A stretch of DNA of 64,000 bases. Origin: Candidatus Latescibacterota bacterium. Lineage in GTDB: Bacteria > Latescibacterota > UBA2968 > UBA8231. Below the pieces are notes generated by a model. The model was not told where the DNA came from and ran no database searches. It saw nothing but the letters and a program-made list of their open reading frames with translations. The stretch covers positions 768,001-832,000 of the forward strand of contig OZ220090.1 in NCBI GenBank assembly GCA_964291625.2, read 5' to 3'. How positions within the stretch are numbered: position 1 is the stretch's first letter; each line of letters opens with the position of its first letter. Positions 7,245 to 16,736 of the stretch are shown piece by piece. The translations under genes and the position numbers were made by a program.

Positions 7245-10121
7245 TCAGGCCAGGGCCTCGGCCAGAACCTCGGCCCAGTGTCGGGCCTCACGGCCCGTGG
7301 CGTCGGCGATCTGATGGCGGCATGAGGTGCCGGCCGTAGCGACCTCGGCTCCTGGATCCGCGGCCACCACCTCCAGCAGACGCTCCCGGCCGACCTCCAG
7401 GGAGACATCGTAGTGCTCCCGCTCGTACCCGAAGCTCCCGGCCATCCCGCAACAGCCGGAGGGGATCTCCTCCACCTGGTACCCGGGGGGAGCAGCCAGC
7501 AGCTCCAGCGTGTCCTTGGTGTCCCCCAGCGCCTTCTGATGGCAATGGCCGTGGAGCAGTACGCGTCTCTTCAGGTCCGTGAAGTCGAGTGTGGATCCGC
7601 CCTCGGTGCGTTCGGCGAGGAACTCGTCGAGGAGGAAGAGATTGCTGGCCACGGTGCGGGCGGCGTCGGCGTCCTCGGCGAGATCGAGGTAGTCGTCGCG
7701 GTAAGTGGAGGCGCAGCTGGGCTCCACGGCGACGACGGGCCAGCCTCGATCGGTATACCCCGCAAGAGCCTGGAGGTTAGCCACGGCACGGCCCTTCGCC
7801 TCCCGGAGGAATCCCTTGGAGATCAGCGGCCGCCCGCAGCAGAGCCGACGCCGGGGGATCACGACCTCGAAGCCCGCTGACTCGAGGAGGGTCACCGCCG
7901 CGCGGCCGACTTCGGGATCGTTGTACTCGGTGAAAGTGTCGTTGTAGAAGACGACGGTGCCCCGGCTTCGGCCACTGGTGGGGGCACGCCCGCGGAACCA
8001 GCGGGAGAAAGTGGGGCTCGCCAGGGCAGGCATGCGGCGCCGGCGGTCGATGCCGAGGAGGCGCTCCATCAGCCATCGGCTCGGCCGGGCGTGCATGAGG
8101 GGATTTGCGAGCCGGGAGATGGGGGCCATCCAGCGATTCAGCCGGTCGATCCGGGCGAAGAGGTGAGAGCGGAGGGGATAGCCGTGCCGCTCGTGGTAGC
8201 GGGCGAGGAATTCGTACTTGAGCTTGGCCATGTCGACGCTCGATGGGCATTCGGACTTGCAGGCCTTGCACTCGAGACAGAGGTCCATCGCCTCGTACAG
8301 CTCGTCGCTCTCGAGGCCCCCGGGCAGACGGCCGCTCAGGGCGGCGCGCAAGGCGTTGGCGCGCCCGCGGGTACTGTGCTGTTCCTCGAGAGTGGCCATG
8401 TAAGAGGGACACATGGTGCCCACGAGCTTCTTGCGGCACTGCCCGACTCCGGAGCACATCTCCACCGCCTGCTGGAATCCACCGGCTTCGTCGTAGCGGA
8501 ACCAGGTCTCCTCCTGCACCTCCGGGTAGCCGTCGCCGTAGCGAAGGTTGGCATCCATCGGGGGGGGGTCCACGATCTTGCCGGGGTTCAGAATCCCGGT
8601 CGGGTCAAAGGCCGCCTTGACCCTGGCGAAGGCTCGGGGCAGACGGGGGCCGAACATCTTCTCGATCCACTCGCTGCGGGCCAGGCCATCACCGTGCTCG
8701 GCCGACATGGCACCGCCGTATTCCAGAACCCAGTCGCTCATCCGCTCCTCGAGGGCCCGAAGGGTGGCGATGCCGTCCCTCGCCTTCAGGTCGAGAACCG
8801 GGCGGATGTGGATGACGCCGACACTGGCGTGGCCGTAATAGGTGGCCTGTGCCACTCCCTGCTCGGACATGAGCGATCGCACGCGGGCGATGTACTCCGG
8901 CAGATGTTCCACGGGCACACTCGTGTCCTCGACGCCCGCTGTCGGCTTGGCGTCCCCCTTCAGACCCATGAGCAGACCGAGTCCCGCCTTGCGCAGGTCC
9001 CAGATGTCCTTCTGCTCTTCCGGCGTGAAGGCGCGTACGTAGGCATACCCGAGCCCGGCACCTCTCAGCCTCGTCTCCAGGTCCTCGCACCGGTCCCGGA
9101 GCTCAGCTTCGCTCTCCCCGTGGTACTCGACGCAGAGCAGGGCTTCCGGATCCCCCTGGAGGAAGCCGCGCCGGGACTGATAGGACAGCTGGCCCCGGGT
9201 CTGGTCCATCAGCACGCGATCCATCAGTTCCGAAGCCGCCGGAGCGGTGCTCACCGCGTGCAGATTGGCTTCCATCGCCTCCACGAGATCCTCGAAGTGG
9301 CAGGCAACCACGACGGTGCGGCGTGGCCGCTCCACCAGGCGCACCTTGGCTTCGACGACGGCGCACAGGGTCCCCTCGGAGCCGACCACGATCTTGCTCA
9401 GGTCGAAAGGGGCCTCGGGGGCGGTGAGGGCGTCGAGGTTGTACCCGGACACCCTCCGCATCACTTTGGGGAAGCGCTCCTCGATCTCTGCGGCGTAGGC
9501 GTCCACGACCCGCCGCACCTCCCGATAGGCGCCCCCCTCGATTCCGGGGCGCCGGGAACGCTCCTCGAACTCGGATTGGGTCAGGGGACCGAGGGCGGCT
9601 GTCGAACCGTCGCTGAGCACGACCCCGAGCTCCTGCACGTGATCGACCGTCCGTCCGTGGAGTATGGAGTGGGAGCCGCAGGAGTTGTTGCCGATCATGC
9701 CGCCGAGGTTGGCCCGGCTGCTCGTGGACACATCCGGACCGAACTGCAGGCCCTGGGGTGCCACCGCGGCATTCAGCTCGTCGAGCACGACGCCGGGCTG
9801 CACCCGGGCCCACCGCTCCTCGGCATTTACCTCCAGAATGCGGTTCATGTGCCGGGAGAAGTCGATCTGCAAACCCTCGCCCACCGTCTGGCCGGCGAGA
9901 CTCGTGCCGCCTCCCCGGGGCAGAACGGGGACGCCCCTTTCCCCGGCGGTGCGAATCGTATGGGAGACATCCTCGACCGAGCGCGGCAGCACCACGCCGG
10001 CCGGGGCGATCTCGTAGATGCTCGCATCCGTCGAGTACAAGGTCCGGGTCAGGGCATCGAGGCGGACCTCGCCTTCGATACCCGCCGCGATCGCCTCCTC
10101 GAAGTTGCCGGTATCTCTCAA
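7245..10121 (-). CDS. FAD-binding / (Fe-S)-binding oxidoreductase (GlcD-GlcF fusion, YdiJ/D-2-hydroxyacid dehydrogenase-like)
   Basis: RGGGTSLAGQ, AEHGDG, CSGVGQC/CLECKAC 4Fe-4S motifs, two CCG domains. Confidence 0.9.
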   Translation of the reverse strand: MRDTGNFEEAIAAGIEGEVRLDALTRTLYSTDASIYEIAPAGVVLPRSVEDVSHTIRTAGERGVPVLPRGGGTSLAGQTVGEGLQIDFSRHMNRILEVNAEERWARVQPGVVLDELNAAVAPQGLQFGPDVSTSSRANLGGMIGNNSCGSHSILHGRTVDHVQELGVVLSDGSTAALGPLTQSEFEERSRRPGIEGGAYREVRRVVDAYAAEIEERFPKVMRRVSGYNLDALTAPEAPFDLSKIVVGSEGTLCAVVEAKVRLVERPRRTVVVACHFEDLVEAMEANLHAVSTAPAASELMDRVLMDQTRGQLSYQSRRGFLQGDPEALLCVEYHGESEAELRDRCEDLETRLRGAGLGYAYVRAFTPEEQKDIWDLRKAGLGLLMGLKGDAKPTAGVEDTSVPVEHLPEYIARVRSLMSEQGVAQATYYGHASVGVIHIRPVLDLKARDGIATLRALEERMSDWVLEYGGAMSAEHGDGLARSEWIEKMFGPRLPRAFARVKAAFDPTGILNPGKIVDPPPMDANLRYGDGYPEVQEETWFRYDEAGGFQQAVEMCSGVGQCRKKLVGTMCPSYMATLEEQHSTRGRANALRAALSGRLPGGLESDELYEAMDLCLECKACKSECPSSVDMAKLKYEFLARYHERHGYPLRSHLFARIDRLNRWMAPISRLANPLMHARPSRWLMERLLGIDRRRRMPALASPTFSRWFRGRAPTSGRSRGTVVFYNDTFTEYNDPEVGRAAVTLLESAGFEVVIPRRRLCCGRPLISKGFLREAKGRAVANLQALAGYTDRGWPVVAVEPSCASTYRDDYLDLAEDADAARTVASNLFLLDEFLAERTEGGSTLDFTDLKRRVLLHGHCHQKALGDTKDTLELLAAPPGYQVEEIPSGCCGMAGSFGYEREHYDVSLEVGRERLLEVVAADPGAEVATAGTSCRHQIADATGREARHWAEVLAEALA

Positions 10122-10240
10122 GAAGAGGCTCTCCGAGGGGCGGCCACGGTCACCACAGCCGGAGTTGGCACGGCCCGGCGATCTGCGCGTCGCTCACCGG
10201 GGCACGCCTGACGGGACCATGGCCAGGGAGTTCGAGAAAA

Positions 10241-10287
10241 GCGCAATATTTTGGTTGACACTTGGTGAATACCCCCATATCTTGTGA
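10241..10287. promoter_or_regulatory. Tandem NrdR-box-like operators
   Basis: GCGCAATATTTTGGTT (10241-10256) and CCCCCATATCTTGTGA (10272-10287), 31 bp apart; both resemble the acaCwAtATaTwGtgt consensus. Confidence 0.65.
10255..10283 (+). promoter_or_regulatory. sigma70-type promoter upstream of zapA
   Basis: TTGACA-17 nt-TATCTT. Confidence 0.8.
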
Positions 10288-10315
10288 CCTACCACGTGGT
10301 AATGCGCGCAGTAGA

Positions 10316-10367
10316 GGGGGCTTCCGGGAGTAAGGGGAGATCGCGGAAGTCCCCCATTTTTTCTTTT
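10316..10367 (+). terminator. Intrinsic terminator between promoter and zapA
   Basis: GGGGGCTTCCG...CGGAAGTCCCC stem followed by ATTTTTTCTTTT. Confidence 0.75.
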
Positions 10368-10407
10368 GACCGGACTCTCCACCCGCAATCTGGAGCCGTT
10401 GCGTCGT

Positions 10408-10746
10408 ATGTCCCGAAAGGAAAGTACGATCGTGACGATCTTCGGGCAGCAATACCGAATCGCCGCCGACGCTGCCGACGCGAAGCACATGGAGACGGTG
10501 GCAGGCCTCTTGGACGGCCGCATGCGGCGGATCGCTACCTCGACCCGGAGAAAGGTCGCCGTGGAGATCGCCATCCAGGCCGCGATGGAGTTTGCTGACG
10601 AGGTGCTGAGGATCCGGGAAGAGCGGGATCGGCTGCTGACGGGTGCAGATGAGCATCTCAGCCGCTTTACCCGCAAGCTTGAGGACGGCGCATCCACCGA
10701 CCTGCTGGCCAGCGGTGAAGACCCGGCGCCAGCGCCGCGCTTCTAG
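10408..10746 (+). CDS. zapA: Cell division protein ZapA
   Basis: VTIFGQQYRI..HMETVAGLLDGRMRRI..IAIQAAMEFADE followed by a coiled coil. Confidence 0.85.
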   Translation: MSRKESTIVTIFGQQYRIAADAADAKHMETVAGLLDGRMRRIATSTRRKVAVEIAIQAAMEFADEVLRIREERDRLLTGADEHLSRFTRKLEDGASTDLLASGEDPAPAPRF

Positions 10747-10814
10747 TTCCCCCCCGGGCCGCAATCGGCCCAGGCCCGCACCCATCCGCGATCCCTGCCG
10801 CTGCCTTCACCCCG

Positions 10815-11333
10815 TCAGATAGGGTGAAGGATCATCGACATCTCCCGGCCTTCCATCTGTGGCAACTGGTCGACGGCGGCCACATCCTCCATCTTCTTCG
10901 CTACATCCTCCATCACCTCGCGGCCCCGGTCGCGGTAGGCCATCATGCGCCCAAGGAATCGCATGCTGACCTTGACTCGATAGCCGTGACCGATGAACTG
11001 GCGAATGTGTCCGAGACGGTACTGGAGGTCGTGTTCGGAGATGTACATCTTGATGCGTACAGTCTTCATCTGCACGTTGTGTTGCTTCTTGCGCGCCTCC
11101 TTGGCCTTTTTCTCCTTGTCGTACCGGTACTTGCCGTAGTCCATGATGCGACAGACCGGCGGGCGCGCCTCGGGTGCGACCTCCACCAGGTCGAGGTCAA
11201 CCTGCTCGGCCATCTGCATGGCCTGGGCGGTGTCGATGACGCCGACCTGCTCTCCGTCGGCGCCGATCAGGCGAACCTGGGGGACCCGGATGGAGTCGTT
11301 GATTCTGGTGAAGGACTGTTGCTGTTTGGCGAT
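10815..11333 (-). CDS. infC: Translation initiation factor IF-3 (non-canonical ATC start)
   Basis: RINDSIRVPQVRLI, LDLVEVAPEARPPVCRIMDYGKY; GGAGG-8 nt-ATC GCC AAA. Confidence 0.93.
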   Translation of the reverse strand: MAKQQQSFTRINDSIRVPQVRLIGADGEQVGVIDTAQAMQMAEQVDLDLVEVAPEARPPVCRIMDYGKYRYDKEKKAKEARKKQHNVQMKTVRIKMYISEHDLQYRLGHIRQFIGHGYRVKVSMRFLGRMMAYRDRGREVMEDVAKKMEDVAAVDQLPQMEGREMSMILHPI

Positions 11334-11380
11334 GGACGTTGCCTCCGGAAGAGTCGTGGATATGGTTAAGGGTGATCGGG

Positions 11381-11410
11381 AATATAACCGCCCGCGATGG
11401 GGACGAGCAA
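11381..11410 (-). promoter_or_regulatory. Candidate promoter of infC
   Basis: TTGCTC-18 nt-TATATT. Confidence 0.45.
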
Positions 11411-11480
11411 CATGCATCCGTCGCCCGGATCCGTCTCCAGGGCGGCGCCTCGGGAGCGCCGGGAGAGCGGGAGAGTAAGG

Positions 11481-12500
11481 ATGTCCGAGTACGGCGTCTA
11501 CGGCATCGGACATGCCCTCGTGGACCTGCAGTTCGCCGTGGAGGACTCCCTGTTGCGCGAACTCGGGATCGCCAAAGGGGTCATGACCCTGGTGGATGAA
11601 GGGCGCCGCCGAGAGGTCCTCGACAGGCTCTCCGATCCGGTGAACCGTGCCTCCGGCGGGTCCGCCGCCAACACGGTCATCACCGTGGCCCGCTTCGGTG
11701 GACGGACTCGCTATGCCTTCCAGGTGGGAGAGGATGATTGGGGCCGCTTCTACCGGAACGACTTGACCGCGGCGGGGGTCGACAGCAGTCCCGCCTGCCG
11801 GGTCCCGGGCGAGACGGGCCAGTGCCTCGTGATGATCACCCCCGACGCCGAGCGCTCGATGCTGACCTTCCTCGGCGCCAGTGGCACCATGGGGCCGCGC
11901 CAGGTGGACCCCGAGGGCATCGCCGCGAGCCGCTTCGTCTACCTCGAGGGCTATCTGCTTACCACGGAGGTGGGCTTCCAGGCCTGTCGGATGGCCTCCG
12001 CCATCGCCCGCGAAGGGGGTGTCGAGGTTTCCCTGACCCTCAGCGATCCCTCCGTGGTCGAGGCCTTCCGGGATCGTTTCAAGGTGCTGGCCGCCGACGG
12101 GGTGGACCTCCTCTTCTGCAACGAGGAGGAGGCCGCCGTTCTCACCGGGGTCGGCGACCCCCACGAGGCCACTTCGAGACTCGCCGATCTCTCCGCCCGG
12201 GTCTGCGTGACCCTGGGTGCCGGGGGAGCCCTGACCGCCGAGAGAGGCTCCCCTCCCCTCCTTGTACGGGGAGTGGAGGCCAGGGCCGTGGACACCACCG
12301 GAGCGGGCGACACCTTCGCCGGGGGCGTTCTCTACGGGTTGGCCAGCGGACACTCGCTCACGGAGTCGGCGAGACTCGGGAATTATGCGGCCGCGGCGGT
12401 GGTCTCGCTCTTCGGCCCACGACTCGAGACCGAAATGGCCCCGCTCGTGGACGAGATTCTCCGGGACCGGGCACCACCTCCCGCCGCCTTGATCACATGA
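11481..12500 (+). CDS. PfkB-family carbohydrate/adenosine kinase
   Basis: GGSAANT, NEEEA, DTTGAGDTFAGG. Confidence 0.9.
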   Translation: MSEYGVYGIGHALVDLQFAVEDSLLRELGIAKGVMTLVDEGRRREVLDRLSDPVNRASGGSAANTVITVARFGGRTRYAFQVGEDDWGRFYRNDLTAAGVDSSPACRVPGETGQCLVMITPDAERSMLTFLGASGTMGPRQVDPEGIAASRFVYLEGYLLTTEVGFQACRMASAIAREGGVEVSLTLSDPSVVEAFRDRFKVLAADGVDLLFCNEEEAAVLTGVGDPHEATSRLADLSARVCVTLGAGGALTAERGSPPLLVRGVEARAVDTTGAGDTFAGGVLYGLASGHSLTESARLGNYAAAAVVSLFGPRLETEMAPLVDEILRDRAPPPAALIT

Positions 12501-12513
12501 TGAGGAAGGCCAG

Positions 12514-13470
12514 ATGAGGATACTCGTCTACTTCGACTTCGCCGCTGACCAGGTCGACGAGCTGGTGCGGTTGGCCCGGCGCCATGGAGATCACGAGGTC
12601 GTGGTCGCCGGGAACGCGTCCTGCGCCGAGGATCTGGCCTCCACCGCCGAGGTGATTCTCGGCCACTTCCCGGAATCGGTGGTCGCCGCGGCCCCGGGGC
12701 TGAGGTGGATCCAGTCCCACAGCGCGGGCATGGACGGATTCCTCCATCCCGCCGTCGTGGAGCGCGAGGAGGTGGTGGTGACGAACATGGCCGGGCTGTA
12801 CGCACCCCAGGGCGGAGAGCACGCCTGGGCCCTGCTGCTGGCGCTCACCCGCGGTCTGCTGCCGTCGGTGCGGAGCATGGCCGAACGCCAATGGCGAGGT
12901 GGCAAGACCTTCGAGCTCGCCGGGGGGACTCTCGGACTGATCGGACTCGGTGGCTTCGGGTTGGAGACGGCGAAGCGTGCCTCCGGGTACGAAATGACCC
13001 TCCTGGCCCTGGACCCCGTCCGGCTCGACCCGCCGGAAGGCGTGGAGGAAGTGCGCCCCCCGACGCAGGAAAACCTGATCTGGCTGCTCTCGGAGTCGGA
13101 CGCCGTCGTGGTCTGCTGCCCCCTGACCGACGAGACGAGGCACATGATCGGCCCCGGGGAGCTCGCGGCGATGAAGCCCTCCGCCTACCTCGTCTGCGTC
13201 AGCCGCGGCGGCATCATCGACGAGAACGCCCTTGCCGAGGCTCTGCGGTCCGAGAGGCTCGCAGGGGCGGGGCTCGATGTCTGCGAGGTCGAACCCCTCC
13301 CGGCGGAGAGCTCCTTGTGGGGTGCGCCCAACCTGATCCTGACCCCGCATTGCGCCGGCGCCTCCCAGCACCGCGCGCGCAAGACCTTCGAGTTCTTTCG
13401 CGACAACCTCGGGCGCTATCTGCGGGGGGAGCCGCTGGTCAACGTCATCGACAAAGGCAAGGGCTACTAG
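12514..13470 (+). CDS. D-isomer-specific 2-hydroxyacid dehydrogenase
   Basis: GLGGFG Rossmann motif, SRGG, GAGLDV..EPLP, TPHCAG. Confidence 0.92.
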   Translation: MRILVYFDFAADQVDELVRLARRHGDHEVVVAGNASCAEDLASTAEVILGHFPESVVAAAPGLRWIQSHSAGMDGFLHPAVVEREEVVVTNMAGLYAPQGGEHAWALLLALTRGLLPSVRSMAERQWRGGKTFELAGGTLGLIGLGGFGLETAKRASGYEMTLLALDPVRLDPPEGVEEVRPPTQENLIWLLSESDAVVVCCPLTDETRHMIGPGELAAMKPSAYLVCVSRGGIIDENALAEALRSERLAGAGLDVCEVEPLPAESSLWGAPNLILTPHCAGASQHRARKTFEFFRDNLGRYLRGEPLVNVIDKGKGY

Positions 13471-13506
13471 CGGTCCGGATTCCCTCCTTCGGCCGGGCCC
13501 CCGCCC

Positions 13507-14313
13507 TCAGAAGCCGATGGAGCGGACATACTCCCGCATGGCGGAGCTGCGCCGGCTCTCGCTCACCGGATCCTCGCCTTCGTGCGCCGGTTCCCCCGGG
13601 CAGCAGGTGACGACGCGGTCGAAGCCGATCTCGTCGAGGGTCCGCCTCACCGCGGGAAAGTCGACCCCCCGAGCTTCGCCCACGGATACCCACTGCGGGT
13701 GGTAGCGCCCCTCCTCGTCCCGCGTACAGGAGGAGTAGTCCTGCAGATGGACGTAGTTGAGCTGGGAACGGAAATCGCGCAGGGAGGCCACGGGGTCGTA
13801 GCCCCAGAGCTTGGCGTGGGAGACGTCGATGCAGAGACCGGTCTTCTTCACGCGGCTCATGTACAACTTCCAGTGATCGATGGAATCGACCAGGCAGTTC
13901 GTGTGGATGTGGTAGCTGATCTCGAGGCCCAGGCCGGCGGCGTACTCCGCCCAGGCCTCGGCCCCGTCGGCGGCGGCGCGAACGTCGTCGTCGGTGACCT
14001 CCCGGCCCTCGGGCTTGCCCCCGTTCATGAACATGAAGCAGTCGGCGCCCATCTCGGCGGCGAACTCCATTCGCCGGTGGTTGCGCTCCACCATCTCCCT
14101 GTCGCGGTGGTCCGGGGTCCCGGCCGCGGTATAGACGGCCATGGGCATTCCCGCATCTGCGCACACCCGTCGCAGACGGCCAGGCGGTCCGAGCCAGTCG
14201 AGGGGAAGCCGCCCCTCCCAACCATCCCAGCCCGCCTCCTTCAAGGCCGCCAGGGCCGCCGGAAGATCCGGATTGCGCCAGCGCAGCGTACTGTAGCAGA
14301 TGCTCAAACCCAT
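13507..14313 (-). CDS. Sugar phosphate isomerase/epimerase (xylose isomerase-like TIM barrel)
   Basis: GWDGWE, YHIH, CIDVSH, VHLQD motifs. Confidence 0.75.
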   Translation of the reverse strand: MGLSICYSTLRWRNPDLPAALAALKEAGWDGWEGRLPLDWLGPPGRLRRVCADAGMPMAVYTAAGTPDHRDREMVERNHRRMEFAAEMGADCFMFMNGGKPEGREVTDDDVRAAADGAEAWAEYAAGLGLEISYHIHTNCLVDSIDHWKLYMSRVKKTGLCIDVSHAKLWGYDPVASLRDFRSQLNYVHLQDYSSCTRDEEGRYHPQWVSVGEARGVDFPAVRRTLDEIGFDRVVTCCPGEPAHEGEDPVSESRRSSAMREYVRSIGF

Positions 14314-14369
14314 CGAGGTGATCCCCTTTCCGCCTCCACCCCGGCAATGGCCTGGGATTGGAGACGAGA

Positions 14370-16736
14370 ATGATGACAGATCCCGGCCGCGGCACCAGCG
14401 GTCTGACGCGCGGTCAGGCGACCCGGGCCCAGCAGGCCTTCATCATCGCCAGCGGTTTCTGGGGAGTCTGGAGCCAAGCCGTGGGAATCGGCACCGCCGT
14501 GTTCACCGGCTACGCCCTCCACCTCGGCGCCGACGCCTCCTACATCTCCCTTTTCACCTTCGTGGCCTACCTGCTGGCCACCGTGCAGCTTCTCATGCCC
14601 GTCCTGGGCCGCTACCTGAGGAGGAAACGCGTCATCATCTCCGTGGGCCTGGTGGAGATCGCCCTGCGGAGTTCGCCGCCCCTGGTTCCCCTGCTCTTCG
14701 CCCCGCCCATGCAGCTGCCGACGCTCATGGTGCTCGCCGGTCTCGGCCTGCTGTGCGGCTACTCGCTCTCCCCCTTCTACAACACCTGGGTGGCCAGTGC
14801 CGTGCCCGGCAACATACGGGGCCGGTTCACGAGCCGCCAGACGATCGTCAGCACCCTCGTGTCCATGATCGCCGGATTCGCCATCGGCGGATTCATCGAC
14901 GACTTCGGGGCGGCCGACAGGCAGGTCCGGTTCCACATCGTCTTCGCCGTGGGCGCGGTCTTCGGTTGGCTCGGGTACGTCGGGCTGAGTCGAGCTTCGT
15001 ACACCGACGGCAACGAAGAACGGGTCGACGAGACGGACGGCCTCGCCCGCCTGGCCGAGCCCTTCCGGGACGGAAACTTCCTCCGGGCGGTGCTGTTCTT
15101 CGGATTCTGGACCTTCGGACTGGGCATCGCCCAGCCCCTGTACAGCGTGTTCATGCTCGACCACCTCGGGATCTCCTACAAGACGATCGCCGTCTTCAAC
15201 GCCGCCTTCATGCTCACCAGCATCCTCGGCTACCGGCTGTGGGCCAGCCTCGTCGACCGCTTCGGCAGCAAACCGGTACTGCAGATCCTGATCCTGCCCG
15301 CCACCTTCCTGCCCGTGCTGTGGGTGTGCAACGCCCCGGGTGCCTACACCATGATCCCGGTGGCCCTGGTCCTCTCCGGCGTCCTGTTCTCGGGCATCAT
15401 GGTGGCCGTGACCCCCCTCCTCTACGGGCTGGCCCCGGCTGGTGGTCCGCGCCCCTACTACCTGGCGTCCTGGTCGGCCACGGTGAACCTGATGGGCGCC
15501 CTCGGCGCCCTGGCCGGCGGCATCCTGGTGCGAGTCCTGCGCGAGGTGAGCTTTCAGATCGAGGACTTCCCCATCGGGCACCTGCAGATCATCATGCTCT
15601 TGAGCGCCGTGGCCCGGATCCCGTCGGTCCTGCTCCTCGGTCTTGTCTCCGACCGCAGCTCGATCTCCTCGCGCCACCTCCTCTCCCACCTCTTCGGAGG
15701 CAACCTGCTCAGCTACACCTTCAACACCGCGGTCTACACCATGGCCCGGCAGGAGGAGCGTCGGGCCCGGGCGGCTCTCGCCCTCGGCCGGTCGGGAAGT
15801 CCGCTGGCGATCGAGCAGCTGATCCAGGCCCTGGCCGACGCCAGTCCCGTGGTGCGCCGGAGCGCCGCCCGCGCCCTTGGAGAGACCGGCTCCGTTCAGG
15901 CCACCGACTCCCTGGTGCGGGAGCTCCTCGACGGCGAGTCGGACATCCGGTCGGAGGCGGCCGAAGCCCTTGGACGCCTGGGTTACCTGAGTGGCGTCGA
16001 CCCCCTGGTGGAAGCCCTGGAGGACGAGGATCCCTGGGTCCGCATCAGCGCCATCCGCGGCTTGAGCGAGATCGGCGGAGACGAGGCGCGGGAGTTGCTT
16101 TTCTGGTACCTGGGTGAGCATCTGGATGACCCCGTCGCCTTCCCTACCCTCGTTGATGTACTCAGCCGCATGGGCGACCACCGGGTCGTGCGGCCCACCC
16201 TGCAGCGGCTCGGCCGCTTTCGCTCCGAGGCGGTGCGCCTCCAGTTGCTCAACAGCGTCTGTTACGCCCTCGGAGCCGGCGGGGAGTTCTACCGCCTCCT
16301 GTCCCAGGAGGAGTCCCAGCGCCCCTCCTCTCTGGCCCGCCGGTTGCGCCGACTGGAGAACGCCCTCGCCGGCAGCCCCGCCCTCGACCTGAGGGTGCGC
16401 GAAGAGGCTCGCATGGCGATTCGGAGCATGGTCCGCGCCGTCGACGCCGAGAATCTGGATGGCCTGGAGGAATCGGCCCGCCAGCTGGCCGGGATCCTCC
16501 GGGATGGTCTGTCGGCGACCGGGAGGCCCCCCTACGAGGTGCTCTCCGTCTACCTGGTGATCTTCGCCCTGGAGACCTTCCTGGCCAGCAGGGGCCGCTC
16601 CGATCTGACGGCGGCACGGGAGATCTTCGTCATCGTCTGTCTGGGCCGCATGGGCAGGCTGGTGCGGGAGCTGGATTCACCGGGGCCGTCAGGCAGTCCA
16701 CGGGACCGTCGGGGGCGGCCCGACCGAGGCGGCTAG
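14370..16736 (+). CDS. MFS transporter fused to C-terminal HEAT repeats
   Basis: About 12 TM helices with a DRFGSK loop, then tandem HEAT/PBS repeats (VRRSAARALG, IRSEAAEALG, VRISAIRGL). Confidence 0.8.
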   Translation: MMTDPGRGTSGLTRGQATRAQQAFIIASGFWGVWSQAVGIGTAVFTGYALHLGADASYISLFTFVAYLLATVQLLMPVLGRYLRRKRVIISVGLVEIALRSSPPLVPLLFAPPMQLPTLMVLAGLGLLCGYSLSPFYNTWVASAVPGNIRGRFTSRQTIVSTLVSMIAGFAIGGFIDDFGAADRQVRFHIVFAVGAVFGWLGYVGLSRASYTDGNEERVDETDGLARLAEPFRDGNFLRAVLFFGFWTFGLGIAQPLYSVFMLDHLGISYKTIAVFNAAFMLTSILGYRLWASLVDRFGSKPVLQILILPATFLPVLWVCNAPGAYTMIPVALVLSGVLFSGIMVAVTPLLYGLAPAGGPRPYYLASWSATVNLMGALGALAGGILVRVLREVSFQIEDFPIGHLQIIMLLSAVARIPSVLLLGLVSDRSSISSRHLLSHLFGGNLLSYTFNTAVYTMARQEERRARAALALGRSGSPLAIEQLIQALADASPVVRRSAARALGETGSVQATDSLVRELLDGESDIRSEAAEALGRLGYLSGVDPLVEALEDEDPWVRISAIRGLSEIGGDEARELLFWYLGEHLDDPVAFPTLVDVLSRMGDHRVVRPTLQRLGRFRSEAVRLQLLNSVCYALGAGGEFYRLLSQEESQRPSSLARRLRRLENALAGSPALDLRVREEARMAIRSMVRAVDAENLDGLEESARQLAGILRDGLSATGRPPYEVLSVYLVIFALETFLASRGRSDLTAAREIFVIVCLGRMGRLVRELDSPGPSGSPRDRRGRPDRGG

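Noticed and set aside
10166-10181. sigma54-like TTGGCACG upstream of zapA
   Set aside because: GG-GC spacing is 9 nt rather than the required 10, and there is no TTGC.
8091-10211. Long antisense and off-frame ORFs (e.g. 706 aa here; also 22903-24732, 29987-32479, 30775-33147, 51278-53422, 60251-62437)
   Set aside because: Shadow ORFs of real genes in GC-rich DNA; antisense-type or Arg/Pro/Gly-rich composition with no motifs.
10747-10814. 6S RNA expected downstream of zapA
   Set aside because: Only 68 nt are available, too short for 6S RNA.
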